A stretch of 64,000 nucleotides of DNA from Clostridia bacterium (GTDB lineage Bacteria; Bacillota; Clostridia; Saccharofermentanales; UBA5734): positions 1,564,400 to 1,628,399 of the forward strand of contig JAXGZQ010000001.1 in assembly GCA_040776905.1 (NCBI GenBank), in the 5' to 3' direction. The notes under the pieces were generated by a model that was given only the letters and a program-made list of their open reading frames with translations, did not search any database and was not told the origin of the DNA. The translations under genes were made by a program, and so were the position numbers. Shown in pieces: positions 38,356-48,305 of this stretch; the first letter of the stretch is position 1, and each line of letters starts with the position of its first letter.

Positions 38356-39135
38356 ATGAAACTAGGGCTATGCTGCTCAATTGATGACGCCGAAACAGCG
38401 AAAGCGATCGGTTATGACTATTTTGAGTGTAATTTCGCGGCCATGACCCAGCTGGATGAACCAGCCTATCAGGCGATGGCCGAAACCGTTGAGACGATAG
38501 CGTTTCAACCGCTGGCGATGAATGTGATGCTCAGCAGTGGTTTTCGCCTGACCGGAGAAGCGGCCGACCCTGAAGCGGCCCGCGGTTTTCTCGTTAAGGG
38601 GATGGCACGGGCCGCCCGGCTGGGGACACAGATTGTGGTCTTCGGTTCCGGAGGCGCCCGTAATCTGCCGCCGGATTTCCACGACCGGCCGAGAGCGTAC
38701 GATCAGATCACTGACTTCGCCCGCATGGCCGGGTCGATTGCCGCCGAACATGGCATCACCATCGCGATTGAGCCTCTGTCGTTTCGTGAAGGCAATATCG
38801 TTAATCTGATCGGTGAAGCGGTCTATCTGGCCGATCGGGTCGCGCTGCCTAATGTGAGGGTTCTGGCTGATTATTACCATATGGTCGGCAACCGGGAAAC
38901 CGCCGGAATACTCCAGGGACTTGCCCCCTGGATCGCGCATTGCCATATTGCCCAGTCACCGCTGCGAACCTATCCGTCGCCGGATGACGGGCAGGACTAT
39001 CGACCGCTCTTCCGGGCGCTGAACGCCGGCGGCTATCAGGGCGGCATCAGTGTTGAAGCCGGACGACCGGATCCTTTCGTGGAAAAAGCGCAGGAAACCC
39101 TGACCTATCTGAAGCAGTTGACGGCTGAAACCTGA
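38356..39135 (+). CDS. Sugar phosphate isomerase/epimerase-like TIM barrel protein
   Basis: MKLGLCCSIDDAETAKAIGYDYFECNFAAM...ITIAIEPLSFREGNIV...ADYYHM...IAHCHIAQSPLR. Confidence 0.85.
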   Translation: MKLGLCCSIDDAETAKAIGYDYFECNFAAMTQLDEPAYQAMAETVETIAFQPLAMNVMLSSGFRLTGEAADPEAARGFLVKGMARAARLGTQIVVFGSGGARNLPPDFHDRPRAYDQITDFARMAGSIAAEHGITIAIEPLSFREGNIVNLIGEAVYLADRVALPNVRVLADYYHMVGNRETAGILQGLAPWIAHCHIAQSPLRTYPSPDDGQDYRPLFRALNAGGYQGGISVEAGRPDPFVEKAQETLTYLKQLTAET

Positions 39136-39190
39136 ACACACAGATTGTCAGATGCTGTCACCGCAGACGGGTGGTAATAATTTCAATGAA

Positions 39191-39224
39191 AAAGCCCTGC
39201 GTCACCGCAGGGCTTTCAGTTTTT
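39191..39224. terminator. Intrinsic terminator
   Basis: AAAGCCCTGCG-TCAC-CGCAGGGCTTT followed by CAGTTTTT. Confidence 0.85.
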
Positions 39225-39249
39225 CATATCCATTCAGCTCGCCAGGGTG

Positions 39250-41259
39250 TCAATCTATCTGATTCATCTCGATCGCCTGCCAGGCATCCGGCAGCTCAAC
39301 GGTCAGGCTGGCCGATCCATCGCGATCAGACACCGCCAGCAGCTGATCGGTGAAAACCAATCGGGCTTTGATCCGGTCAGCGGCCAGACCTGGCAGATCA
39401 ATCGTCACCCGGACCGGGTTCAGATAGCTGAGCGGCCGTTTGCCGATACCGTTGATCAGATGGAGCAGATACGCATCCCGGCAGCGGAAGACCGTCATCT
39501 GAATGCCAGGCTGACGACTGACGTGAACAAGTGGCCGGTTGATCTGGGAGCGGATCAGCTGCTCTGCCAGAACCAGATGGTCGTGCAGTCCGAATTCGTT
39601 GATCAGATCTGACAGACTGAACAGCAGGCTGATCACCTGGCCGCTGCCGGCCTGGTTTCGGGTGATCAGGGGAATTTTGGTCCTGGACGCTGGCAGGCTG
39701 GCGCGTTCCGGCGGAGCGCCGACCGCTTCAAGCGGTGCGAAAGACGGGACCAGAGTTGCCAGGCAGTCTGCCCGATCGGCCCGGGCATAGGTGACGGAAC
39801 CGCGCAGCGGCAGCAGCTCAACCTCGTTGAAAGCAGACGGTATCAGAGCATGGCCGGTCGGCTCCAGACGCAGGTAGGCGGCTGTCAGTGGTTCACTTTG
39901 AACCTGTGAGGCATGCAGCCCCGAAAGCTCGCGTAATGTATCTGACGTATCCGGCAGACGGCCTTCCGTGATCAGGTGGCCACCTTGCCGGACATAGTCA
40001 TCGATGGCTTCAATCAGGTGTGGACTCCAATTGAAACCGGAAGGGACAATGACCACCTGGCAGGCCTCAAGTTGTCGGTGGCTGACAATTTCCTGCTGCA
40101 GCAAGGTGTAGGGGATATGCGCGTCACTGAGCGCCTGAAGCCAGCCATGGTCCTGCGGCCGCCCGTCCCAGAGCAGCCCGGCTTCCGTATAGGGCGATGC
40201 TGTCTCCATCAGGGATTCTATCTGTTTGGCCTTCGCGTTGACTGTCCGGACGCTGTGCAAAATCCGCTGATCAAGAATGGTATCAGGAATTCCGGTGAGC
40301 GAATGCCACAGTGATCCACCGGCGGCAGGAACCTGACTGAGCCAATACTGGTACTCCGCGGTTGGAAGTCCGGTATGGCGCCAGTCCATGCCGGGTGAGG
40401 AATGGATGATGCCGAAGGGGCGATAATCAGGCTGGGCCGCCTGACACAGCTGCATCCGGACCATGGGGGTCCAGTCGGCAGACAATCGCCTCCTGCCGCG
40501 GGACAGAATATTCTGCGATTCATCACAGATCAGTTCAGCAACCGGCTGGTCCAGATAACGGATCTGCTCATCCCAGTAGTAGAGGATAATTGGCAGATCC
40601 GGCTTTTCGTCCTTGACTGCCTTTCGCAGCAGCAGCGCATTATCGCGCATCTGTTCGCTGCGCCATGAAGGATCAAAGTCATCAGCGTCATCTGGCATCG
40701 GATTTTGATAGAGCTGTTCATAGCGGGAGCGGCAACGGTCGCACCAGCAATCCGTCGGGAAAGGAGCGTTGTAGAACAGACCGTCAAAATCATAGCGGGA
40801 AACAGCTTCGCGCAGAACCTGAGCCCCTCCGGCTTCGTTTCGCCACGGCGACTGCATGCAGGTGTGATAGAGCAGCGACCAGCCGCCGGGCCTTTCAGCT
40901 CCGATCAGGCGCGGGCTTCCGGTCTGGTCACGGGCGACCCAGTCAGGATGCTGCAAATAAGCTTCATCGTGTATTTTGCTGAAGTCGAACCGGGCGATGA
41001 AACGGATATTCAGCGCGTGACAGGCTGCGATGACTTCCGCGACCAGATCGCGGCCGGCTGGCAGGAACTCATTGACATGATGGCCTTCCACCTGGCTGTC
41101 ATACCAGGCATAAATACCACCCAGATTGAAGACGAGCGCGTTGGCTCCCAGTGATTTGATCTGCCCGGCCAGCCGCTTCGGCTCGATCCGCGCGGTGTCG
41201 CGGACCTGCAAATTGGTCTGAATCACACGCGTCGGGTGTTGGTACCATTCAGTTTTCAT
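39250..41259 (-). CDS. Glycosyl-hydrolase-like protein (GHL6 type), paralog B
   Basis: VIQTNLQVRDTARIEP...CHALNIRFIARFDFSKIHDEAYLQHPDWVARD...DFDGLFYNAPFPTDCWCDRCRSRYEQLY. Confidence 0.75.
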   Translation of the reverse strand: MKTEWYQHPTRVIQTNLQVRDTARIEPKRLAGQIKSLGANALVFNLGGIYAWYDSQVEGHHVNEFLPAGRDLVAEVIAACHALNIRFIARFDFSKIHDEAYLQHPDWVARDQTGSPRLIGAERPGGWSLLYHTCMQSPWRNEAGGAQVLREAVSRYDFDGLFYNAPFPTDCWCDRCRSRYEQLYQNPMPDDADDFDPSWRSEQMRDNALLLRKAVKDEKPDLPIILYYWDEQIRYLDQPVAELICDESQNILSRGRRRLSADWTPMVRMQLCQAAQPDYRPFGIIHSSPGMDWRHTGLPTAEYQYWLSQVPAAGGSLWHSLTGIPDTILDQRILHSVRTVNAKAKQIESLMETASPYTEAGLLWDGRPQDHGWLQALSDAHIPYTLLQQEIVSHRQLEACQVVIVPSGFNWSPHLIEAIDDYVRQGGHLITEGRLPDTSDTLRELSGLHASQVQSEPLTAAYLRLEPTGHALIPSAFNEVELLPLRGSVTYARADRADCLATLVPSFAPLEAVGAPPERASLPASRTKIPLITRNQAGSGQVISLLFSLSDLINEFGLHDHLVLAEQLIRSQINRPLVHVSRQPGIQMTVFRCRDAYLLHLINGIGKRPLSYLNPVRVTIDLPGLAADRIKARLVFTDQLLAVSDRDGSASLTVELPDAWQAIEMNQID

Positions 41260-43405
41260 GGTCATCCTCCAGCCGCAGATGGACCGCGGCAAATTCATCG
41301 AGCTGATCAATCCGGATATGAATCTGCTGCTGCTCGGTTTTGCAGACCACAGATCCGCCATGTTCACAGCGCAGCCAGTCTGAGCCGGCCAGTTGTGTTC
41401 CTGCGTCCAGTTGAATCGTGATCTCCAGATCCCGGACGGAAACGAGCTGGCGCATGGGACGGCGGGTCGATCCGGTCATGTTGACAAGCGACAGAATCAG
41501 GGAGTCGGAATCCGCCGCGTCGCGGGTCAGCGCGACCTGTACGCTTTCCGGCGCGTTTGTTGACAGCGACAGCGGTTGTCCGGCGGTCCAGCGAACCGCG
41601 TTTTCCAGCGTCTGGATAAAATCCTCATGTCCGTTCGTGTAACAGCTGCGGTCGGTCTGGTTCGCGAAGTAGATGACCCGGCCCTGGCCATATTCGCGAG
41701 CGATGATGGTCGGGAACTCTGTTTCCAGCTGGTCGGTCCAGGCAAACTCCGGCGGCTGGTTATAAATCTGGGGGATATAGGTGCAGATGACTTCCTGATC
41801 ACTCTGGCCGCTGTAGCGGACCAGCAGCGTCCGATCCTCATTCATGATCACGCGGGTATGATCAATGTCCATGTCGGCCAGCACGGGATGGCCGGGCTGG
41901 CGAACAAGCTGGTAACAATCACTGCCGGTGTCGCGCCACATACCGGTCCAGCTGGCGCCGAACAGGTCGGACAGGCCGAAGTCTGGCCGGCGGGCACCCT
42001 GCTCGTCGAACAGGGAGGTCTGGTAGGTCGCGACCAAACCGCCGCCGCGCCGCACATAGTCGCGGATGATCGTGATCTGCTCATCACTGAGGTGTGTCGT
42101 GTTTGGCATGATCAAAGTTTTCAGGGTCATCAGTTTCTCCGGTGTCAGATCCAGATCCGTGATGAAGCTATACTGAATATGGCAGTCTGTCAGCATCCGC
42201 TCCACACCGCTGATCATCGTTCCGTACTGATCGAGTTCCTCCCGGTCATGCCCATTGGCGTCACGGCTGGGTTTGGAGTAGAAAATCGCGGTGTCCGTGA
42301 CCGGCTGCTGATTGCGCAGCAGGTCTTCATGCAGCAGGCTGTATTGATAGGCCGGCTGTTCGATCATTGCGTTGCGGGTGTCCTCGGTCGCCCCGGGGTG
42401 CTGCCCGTTGAACATGCAGTTCCACATACCGCCGCCGACACTCAGAGTCTGCCACAGCCAGATTCGGGTTTCGGTTGAGGGTGCCTTGATATAGCGCCAC
42501 TTGGTTCCGTTGTTGCCATAGAGAACGATTGCCTGCTTGGCGGGGTCCAGCGCTTTGAGAAAACGGATGGTTGAGGCTGGTGCGTTGAGATGATCGTATT
42601 TACGGCCCGGGTGCGCGCTGCCGTCCTGAAACGCGGGACTGAGCAGGAAATCGAAATAATCTCTGGCGTTATATAGATCAATGCCGGTCTGGACAGCATT
42701 GCCGACATGGAACATGCCGAAGATCTCGGCGCAATAAGCTTTGTCTTCACCGAAGCTCTTCACCGTTGATCGCATCCGCTGCATGTGGCGGTCGGCATGG
42801 CCGGCTTTCCAGGCACGGTACTCAGCGAAGACCGGTGAGGTATAATCATTGGTTTCAGGGATTTCATTCCCGGTCTCCTGGCGGTACAGGGTACGGCAGG
42901 ACTGGCAGTAACAGGGGCCGATACCGAAGTTAAGACAGTTCTGCCAGATGCCGTCCACGGCATAGCGGCTCATGAACTGCCGCAGATAGTCCACCGCGTG
43001 ACCGTTCGCGTACTCACCGGTATAACAGGGGCGCCGGATGAATTTCCAGAGTACATGCGGATCGCCCTTGACGTCCTGGGCGAACCAGTCCGGCTGCTGC
43101 TCATAGCGTTCGGGTTCAACCCCGCGGAAATCGAGGCGGGCAATGACTTTGATATCCGCCGCGTGACAGGCATCAATCAATTCGGCCAGCCAGTCCTGCC
43201 CGCCGAGAAACTGGTTGATGCGCGCAAGATGAGTCTTGTTGGGGAAATAGTCGATGACACCACCGCCATTGACGATCATGCAGTTCGCGCCGATGGTCTG
43301 CAGATAGCGGACGACCTCGTCCGCGCGATAGTTGCGGATATCCGGTTCACGCAGAACCGACTGTACCATGCGAAGAGGTTTCTGATACCAGTGAAGGCTG
43401 TTCAT
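41249..43405 (-). CDS. Glycosyl-hydrolase-like protein (GHL6 type), paralog C
   Basis: MVQSVLREPDIRNY...CHAADIKVIARLDFRGVEPERYEQQPDWFAQD...CYCQSCRTLYRQETGNEIP. Stop overlaps the paralog B start by 11 bp. Confidence 0.75.
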   Translation of the reverse strand: MNSLHWYQKPLRMVQSVLREPDIRNYRADEVVRYLQTIGANCMIVNGGGVIDYFPNKTHLARINQFLGGQDWLAELIDACHAADIKVIARLDFRGVEPERYEQQPDWFAQDVKGDPHVLWKFIRRPCYTGEYANGHAVDYLRQFMSRYAVDGIWQNCLNFGIGPCYCQSCRTLYRQETGNEIPETNDYTSPVFAEYRAWKAGHADRHMQRMRSTVKSFGEDKAYCAEIFGMFHVGNAVQTGIDLYNARDYFDFLLSPAFQDGSAHPGRKYDHLNAPASTIRFLKALDPAKQAIVLYGNNGTKWRYIKAPSTETRIWLWQTLSVGGGMWNCMFNGQHPGATEDTRNAMIEQPAYQYSLLHEDLLRNQQPVTDTAIFYSKPSRDANGHDREELDQYGTMISGVERMLTDCHIQYSFITDLDLTPEKLMTLKTLIMPNTTHLSDEQITIIRDYVRRGGGLVATYQTSLFDEQGARRPDFGLSDLFGASWTGMWRDTGSDCYQLVRQPGHPVLADMDIDHTRVIMNEDRTLLVRYSGQSDQEVICTYIPQIYNQPPEFAWTDQLETEFPTIIAREYGQGRVIYFANQTDRSCYTNGHEDFIQTLENAVRWTAGQPLSLSTNAPESVQVALTRDAADSDSLILSLVNMTGSTRRPMRQLVSVRDLEITIQLDAGTQLAGSDWLRCEHGGSVVCKTEQQQIHIRIDQLDEFAAVHLRLEDDHEN

Positions 43406-43550
43406 GATGCTGCCGCCTTTCTTATGTTGAAATGGAATGGATGGTCAAAGTATTCTCATTTTAGGTTAAGCCTGAGATCCCTGTCAAACCGGGCACGCGG
43501 TGTCGGGGGTCTGTTATAATAGTGGCATATCGCAACAGGGAGGGACATCA

Positions 43551-45689
43551 ATGGGCGCCTGGTATGAGACAACAAAACGCTGGTGTCAGACCAATCTGAC
43601 CGAGGATGATCTGCAGCGCAGTGATCTTTCGTTCTGGCAGAAGTTCTGGCGGGAACAGGATATTCAGGGCGTTATAATCAACTGCGGCGGGATCGTCAGT
43701 TATTTCAACAGCCAGTCACCGGATCTGTACCGACCGGCCCAACTGGGTGAAACGGATCTGTATGGCCGTTATCACGCGGCCGCCCGTGACATGGGACTGG
43801 CCGTGATTGCCCGGATGGACATCAATAGCATGCATGAAGCGTTCTACAGAAAGCATCCGGACTGGTTCTGCGTGGACCGTGACGCCAATCCGGTGATGAC
43901 GCAGGGCCGCTATGTCGCCTGTGTCAGCGGCGGATATTACCGGCAGTTCATTCCCATGATACTGCGGGAAATCATCGAACGCTATCATCCGGACGGATTT
44001 GCCGATAACAGCTGGGCCGGCCTGGGACGCCAGAGCATCTGCTATTGCCGCAGCTGTCAGACCGGTTTTGAGGCGGCGACCGGACTGGAACTCCCCTTGT
44101 CCGCCAGCTGGGATGATGCGGCCTACGCACCATGGATCCGCTGGAATTACCAGCAGCGGGTGGATGTCTGGCAGCTGTTCAACGAAGTGACCCGCGAGGC
44201 GGGCGGTGAAGATTGCCGCTGGTTCGGCATGCTTCATGCCAATCCGTTTCATGCCGGTGACCGGTTTGTCGATCTGCGCCGTCTCCTGCAGCTGACCCCG
44301 TTTGTTTTTTGTGACCATCAATCGCGCGATGAGCTGAACGGTTTCGAGCAGAACAGTATCAATGGTGATCTGCTGCGTCTGGCAGCCGGCGGACAAGTTC
44401 CTGTGGCCCAGAGCATGGCGCATTACTTCCGCGGCATCAGGACCTACCGTCTCAGCGCCGCGGCACCGGGTGAGGTCAGGCTGTGGATGTTGGCTGGATT
44501 TGCCGGCGGGATACTGCCATGGCTGCATTTCATCAGTGGAAACCAGGAAGACCGGAGGCGCTTTCACCTGACCGGTGACCTGGTTCATTTTCATAAACAA
44601 CATGAAGACCGGCTGACCGGAAGGACTCCACTGGCACGAGTCGCTGTTCTCTGGAGCCAGGATAATATTAATTTTTACGGACGCGATCAGGTGGTTGAGC
44701 GGTGTGAGTATCCCTGGCGCGGTATGATCCACGCGCTGTCTGAAAAGGGAGTTCCGGTTCTGCCGCTGCATGCGGATGATCTGGCCGATCATCTGGATCA
44801 TCTGAAGCTGCTGATTCTACCCGATCTGGCGGTGCTTTCCGAGTCACAGACCGATTGTCTGCTCGACTGGATGCGGCGCGGCGGCTCTCTTGTACTCAGC
44901 CAGCGGACCAGCCTGCTTGATCCGGACGGCCAGCCCGGGATCCATTCCCGTCTCTGGCAGGCACTTGGCCTTTCCGGCGGTCGAAAAATGATCGGTCTGG
45001 CTGACAGCGGCAGCGCGGCCTGGACTCAGCATGAAACACACAGCTACCTTCGACTGCCGGAGAATGACCGCCATCCGATGCTTGACGGGTTCGCCGACAC
45101 TGACATCCTGCCGTTTGGCGGCCGGGTCCTGGCGATTCGCTCTGACGGACCGCTTCGTCCTGTCCTGACCTATATTCCGTCGTTCCCGATTTATCCACCG
45201 GAATTCAGCTGGATCCGCGGTGAGCAGAGTGACGTCGCTCCGATTCTGGCCGGTGAATGGCCGGAAGGCGGCCGTGTAGTGTATCTGGCCGGTGACATTG
45301 ACCGCTGTTATGGCCGGTATCAGACGCCTGATCTGGGCCGGCTGCTCTATCAGGCTGTTCGGTGGGCTGCGCGAGACCGGCTGGGCTGCCGGGTCGAAGC
45401 GCCCGGACATGTCCACACGGCCCTGTCCGTTCAGAAAGACGGCCTGATGATTCAACTGATCAATCTCGCCGGCGCGGACGGTCCGGTCGGCACCTGCCGC
45501 GGTGCTCTGCCGATCGGTCCGGTCAAGGTGATACTCGACACGGATCTGCTGCAGGAAGGCGCCGCGGCGGACTGCCAGGTCTCCGGACAGACGGTGCCTG
45601 TTGAGCCGCTGCCGAACGGGCAATGGTTGATCCGACTGGAAAAACTGCAGGAGCATGAACTGGTTTTATGCTATAATAATCCGGTATGA
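43551..45689 (+). CDS. Glycosyl-hydrolase-like protein (GHL6 type), paralog D
   Basis: WCQTNLTEDDLQ...GLAVIARMDINSMHEAFYRKHPDWFCVD...CYCRSCQTGFEAATGLELP. Confidence 0.75.
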   Translation: MGAWYETTKRWCQTNLTEDDLQRSDLSFWQKFWREQDIQGVIINCGGIVSYFNSQSPDLYRPAQLGETDLYGRYHAAARDMGLAVIARMDINSMHEAFYRKHPDWFCVDRDANPVMTQGRYVACVSGGYYRQFIPMILREIIERYHPDGFADNSWAGLGRQSICYCRSCQTGFEAATGLELPLSASWDDAAYAPWIRWNYQQRVDVWQLFNEVTREAGGEDCRWFGMLHANPFHAGDRFVDLRRLLQLTPFVFCDHQSRDELNGFEQNSINGDLLRLAAGGQVPVAQSMAHYFRGIRTYRLSAAAPGEVRLWMLAGFAGGILPWLHFISGNQEDRRRFHLTGDLVHFHKQHEDRLTGRTPLARVAVLWSQDNINFYGRDQVVERCEYPWRGMIHALSEKGVPVLPLHADDLADHLDHLKLLILPDLAVLSESQTDCLLDWMRRGGSLVLSQRTSLLDPDGQPGIHSRLWQALGLSGGRKMIGLADSGSAAWTQHETHSYLRLPENDRHPMLDGFADTDILPFGGRVLAIRSDGPLRPVLTYIPSFPIYPPEFSWIRGEQSDVAPILAGEWPEGGRVVYLAGDIDRCYGRYQTPDLGRLLYQAVRWAARDRLGCRVEAPGHVHTALSVQKDGLMIQLINLAGADGPVGTCRGALPIGPVKVILDTDLLQEGAAADCQVSGQTVPVEPLPNGQWLIRLEKLQEHELVLCYNNPV

Positions 45690-45740
45690 TTTTTCTTCCT
45701 GACCACGATGAGATAAACAGATAAATGAGGTGAATAGCGA

Positions 45741-46916
45741 ATGAACCAATACAAGCCACTCACGATACCGGAACGAATTCTGATGGGACCGGGACCGAGC
45801 GATGTCGCGCCGTCAGTTCTGCGCGCCATGGCCAGCCCGCTGCTTGGCCATCTGGATCCTGTTTTCATGACGATCATGAATGAGATCATGGCTCAGCTGC
45901 GCGATGTCTTCGCGACGGAAAACAAGCTCACCATGCCGATGTCCGGAACAGGCAGTGCCGGCATGGAAACCGCTTTTGTCAATGTCATTGAACCGGGTGA
46001 TGTGGTCATCGTCGGCGTCAAAGGCGTTTTTGGCCAGCGGATGGTGGATGTTGCCCAGCGCTGCGGTGCCCGGGTGGTTCAAGTTGAAGCCCCCTGGGGC
46101 GAAGCGATCCGGCCGGAGCAGATCGAAGACGCGCTGAAGCGCGAGAAAAAGATCAAGGCTGTCGCGATTGTTCATGCGGAAACGTCAACCGGTGTGCGCC
46201 AGCCGCTGGCAGAAATCGGCCGTCTGGCACATGCCTATGACGCGCTGTATATTGTTGACGCGGTGACATCACTCGGTGGTATCCCGGTCGATGTCGATGA
46301 CAATGGCATCGATGTCTGCTACAGCGGGACGCAGAAATGCATCAGCGCTCCGCCCGGACTGGCGCCAGTGACATTGAATGAACGGGCTGCCGCCGTCATG
46401 GCCGGCCGCAAAACAAAGGTACAGAGCTGGTATCTGGATCTGAATATGATACAAAGCTACTGGGGCAATGAACGCCTGTATCACCATACCGCGCCGATCA
46501 CCATGAACTACGCGATCCATGAAGCCCTGCGTCTGATCCTGGATGAAGGGCTGGAAGCATGCTACGAGCGTCATGACCGTCTTGGCCGCGCTCTGCAGAC
46601 CGGACTGGAAGCCATGGGCCTCAAACTCCTGGTCAATGCTGATATCCGTCTGCCGGAACTGACGACTGTCCATATACCTGACGGTGTTAATGATGCCGCG
46701 GTCCGGGGACAGCTGCTCGAGCAGTTCGGCATTGAAATCGGCGGAGGACTCGGTGCCTTCAAGGGTAAGCTGTGGCGTGTCGGGCTGATGGGACATTCCT
46801 GCCAGATCCGCCATGTGGTGACCTTCCTGGCCGCTCTGGAGACCGCGTTGAAGGATCAGGGCTTTACACCTGAGAATGACGGCGTTGACGCGGCGATGAA
46901 AATAATCCACGGCTGA
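45741..46916 (+). CDS. Class V aminotransferase (alanine-glyoxylate / serine-pyruvate type)
   Basis: [28 protein letters not shown]...[37 protein letters not shown]. Confidence 0.92.
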   Translation: MNQYKPLTIPERILMGPGPSDVAPSVLRAMASPLLGHLDPVFMTIMNEIMAQLRDVFATENKLTMPMSGTGSAGMETAFVNVIEPGDVVIVGVKGVFGQRMVDVAQRCGARVVQVEAPWGEAIRPEQIEDALKREKKIKAVAIVHAETSTGVRQPLAEIGRLAHAYDALYIVDAVTSLGGIPVDVDDNGIDVCYSGTQKCISAPPGLAPVTLNERAAAVMAGRKTKVQSWYLDLNMIQSYWGNERLYHHTAPITMNYAIHEALRLILDEGLEACYERHDRLGRALQTGLEAMGLKLLVNADIRLPELTTVHIPDGVNDAAVRGQLLEQFGIEIGGGLGAFKGKLWRVGLMGHSCQIRHVVTFLAALETALKDQGFTPENDGVDAAMKIIHG

Positions 46917-46944
46917 TATCGACTGACTTTACTATCCTGAAATC

Positions 46945-46977
46945 AAAAAAGGATGTCCTGCCGGGACATCCTTTTTT
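46945..46977. terminator. Bidirectional intrinsic terminator
   Basis: AAAAAA-GGATGTCC-TGCCG-GGACATCC-TTTTTT. Confidence 0.9.
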
Positions 46978-46993
46978 GACTGGACAAAGATCA

Positions 46994-47734
46994 TCAGACA
47001 TAGCGGATTTTGACACCTGAGAAGCTGAGAGAGCCCTGCAGTCGGACATTGACAATTTTGTCGTCGCGGCTGATCAGCCCCTCTTCACTGACCGAGGAGG
47101 CAAATGAGCTGACTTTGTCCTGGATCGCCCAGTTGCGGGGGACGACCAGTTCCACACCGGAGAACGCGACACTGAGATTGATCTGCAGCGGATCCGCCGC
47201 GACCTGGCACTGGTCAAAAAAGATTTTGGTCCCGCCGAAGCTGCAGCCGACATTGACACGTTTGAGCTGACGGGCATGAATGTATTTCGTTTCTTCACCG
47301 AAGCTGCAGTTGATGTTGACCTGTTCATCTTCGCCTGAGACCGCGTCATCAGCGGCCGCGTCATCCTGTCCGGCATCGATGATCTCACCGTTTGAACGAA
47401 AGTCATGATGAATCTTGACATGCCGGTGGCGGGATCTGGGCCGCAGCAGTGCGCTGAGCCCGATGCCGAGAATCGCGATGGCAACGATCACCAGGACGAT
47501 GTTCATGTCTTCAAGACCCAGCGGTACACGCCAGAGATAGAGAATGACCGCCAGCGGGAGTGTGCCGATGAAATACTGGCGATGCAGGAAACTTGATATT
47601 GAGATGCCAAGCAGCAGTACACTGGCGATGATCCGGGTCAGATCATAGGTCTGACCGATATTGAGGGCGTGCAGCAGCAGCAGAACGCCGCAGCCCAGGA
47701 GAAGCAGACTCCACAGAATTCTAGATGTTTTCAT
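46994..47734 (-). CDS. LiaF/YvqF-like transmembrane protein
   Basis: N-terminal TMs and C-terminal VNINCSFGEETKYIHARQLKRVNVGCSFGGTKIFFDQC...VAFSGVELVVPRNW repeats. Confidence 0.85.
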   Translation of the reverse strand: MKTSRILWSLLLLGCGVLLLLHALNIGQTYDLTRIIASVLLLGISISSFLHRQYFIGTLPLAVILYLWRVPLGLEDMNIVLVIVAIAILGIGLSALLRPRSRHRHVKIHHDFRSNGEIIDAGQDDAAADDAVSGEDEQVNINCSFGEETKYIHARQLKRVNVGCSFGGTKIFFDQCQVAADPLQINLSVAFSGVELVVPRNWAIQDKVSSFASSVSEEGLISRDDKIVNVRLQGSLSFSGVKIRYV

Positions 47735-48188
47735 AGATAAACCTCTCATTCATTTTTCTGAACAGCTCACGACCATACATACGGGAACAATATATCTCCT
47801 TATGCGACTGGCGGAAAGCGACCAGACTGACACCGGTCAGGCTCTTCTGAATGGAATAGATGTGCAGGATGCTGGCGATCGCCGAGCGGGAGACACGGAC
47901 GAAATATCCCGGCAGCGCAGCTTCCAGTTCATACAGCCTGGCTTTGACTTCAAACGCGTCAGCCGCCGAATGCGCATATACATGGTCGTCATCTGTCTCA
48001 AAAAATAAAATTTCACGCAGCGAGAGATAATAATGCTCATCTCCCTTATAAAAGACGATGGGCTGCCGGGACACATCCTGCCGACGGATCAGATTGGCCA
48101 TTGCTTCGATTTCCGGTGTCAGCTCATGACAGCGGATCACAGCGGTTTCTGGTTGGTTTTTATCAACAATTTCAAGTCGCACATGCAT
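47721..48188 (-). CDS. LytTR-family DNA-binding protein
   Basis: YYLSLREILFFETDDDHVYAHSAADAFEVKARLYELEAALPGYFVRVSRSAI. Confidence 0.88.
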   Translation of the reverse strand: MHVRLEIVDKNQPETAVIRCHELTPEIEAMANLIRRQDVSRQPIVFYKGDEHYYLSLREILFFETDDDHVYAHSAADAFEVKARLYELEAALPGYFVRVSRSAIASILHIYSIQKSLTGVSLVAFRQSHKEIYCSRMYGRELFRKMNERFIYENI

Positions 48189-48305
48189 GATCAGACCTCA
48201 CATCCCCATTATAGGCATGGATTGTAACGGGCAAAAGAGCCTGACGGTGAGTGGTTGTGTTTGAGCGGTGAGTGGTCAGAAACAAAAGGTTGCTGCTGCC
48301 GCGGC

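Noticed and set aside
43515-43520. TATAAT upstream of paralog D as a full promoter
   Set aside because: No acceptable -35 element at 16-18 bp. Kept only as a possible -10.
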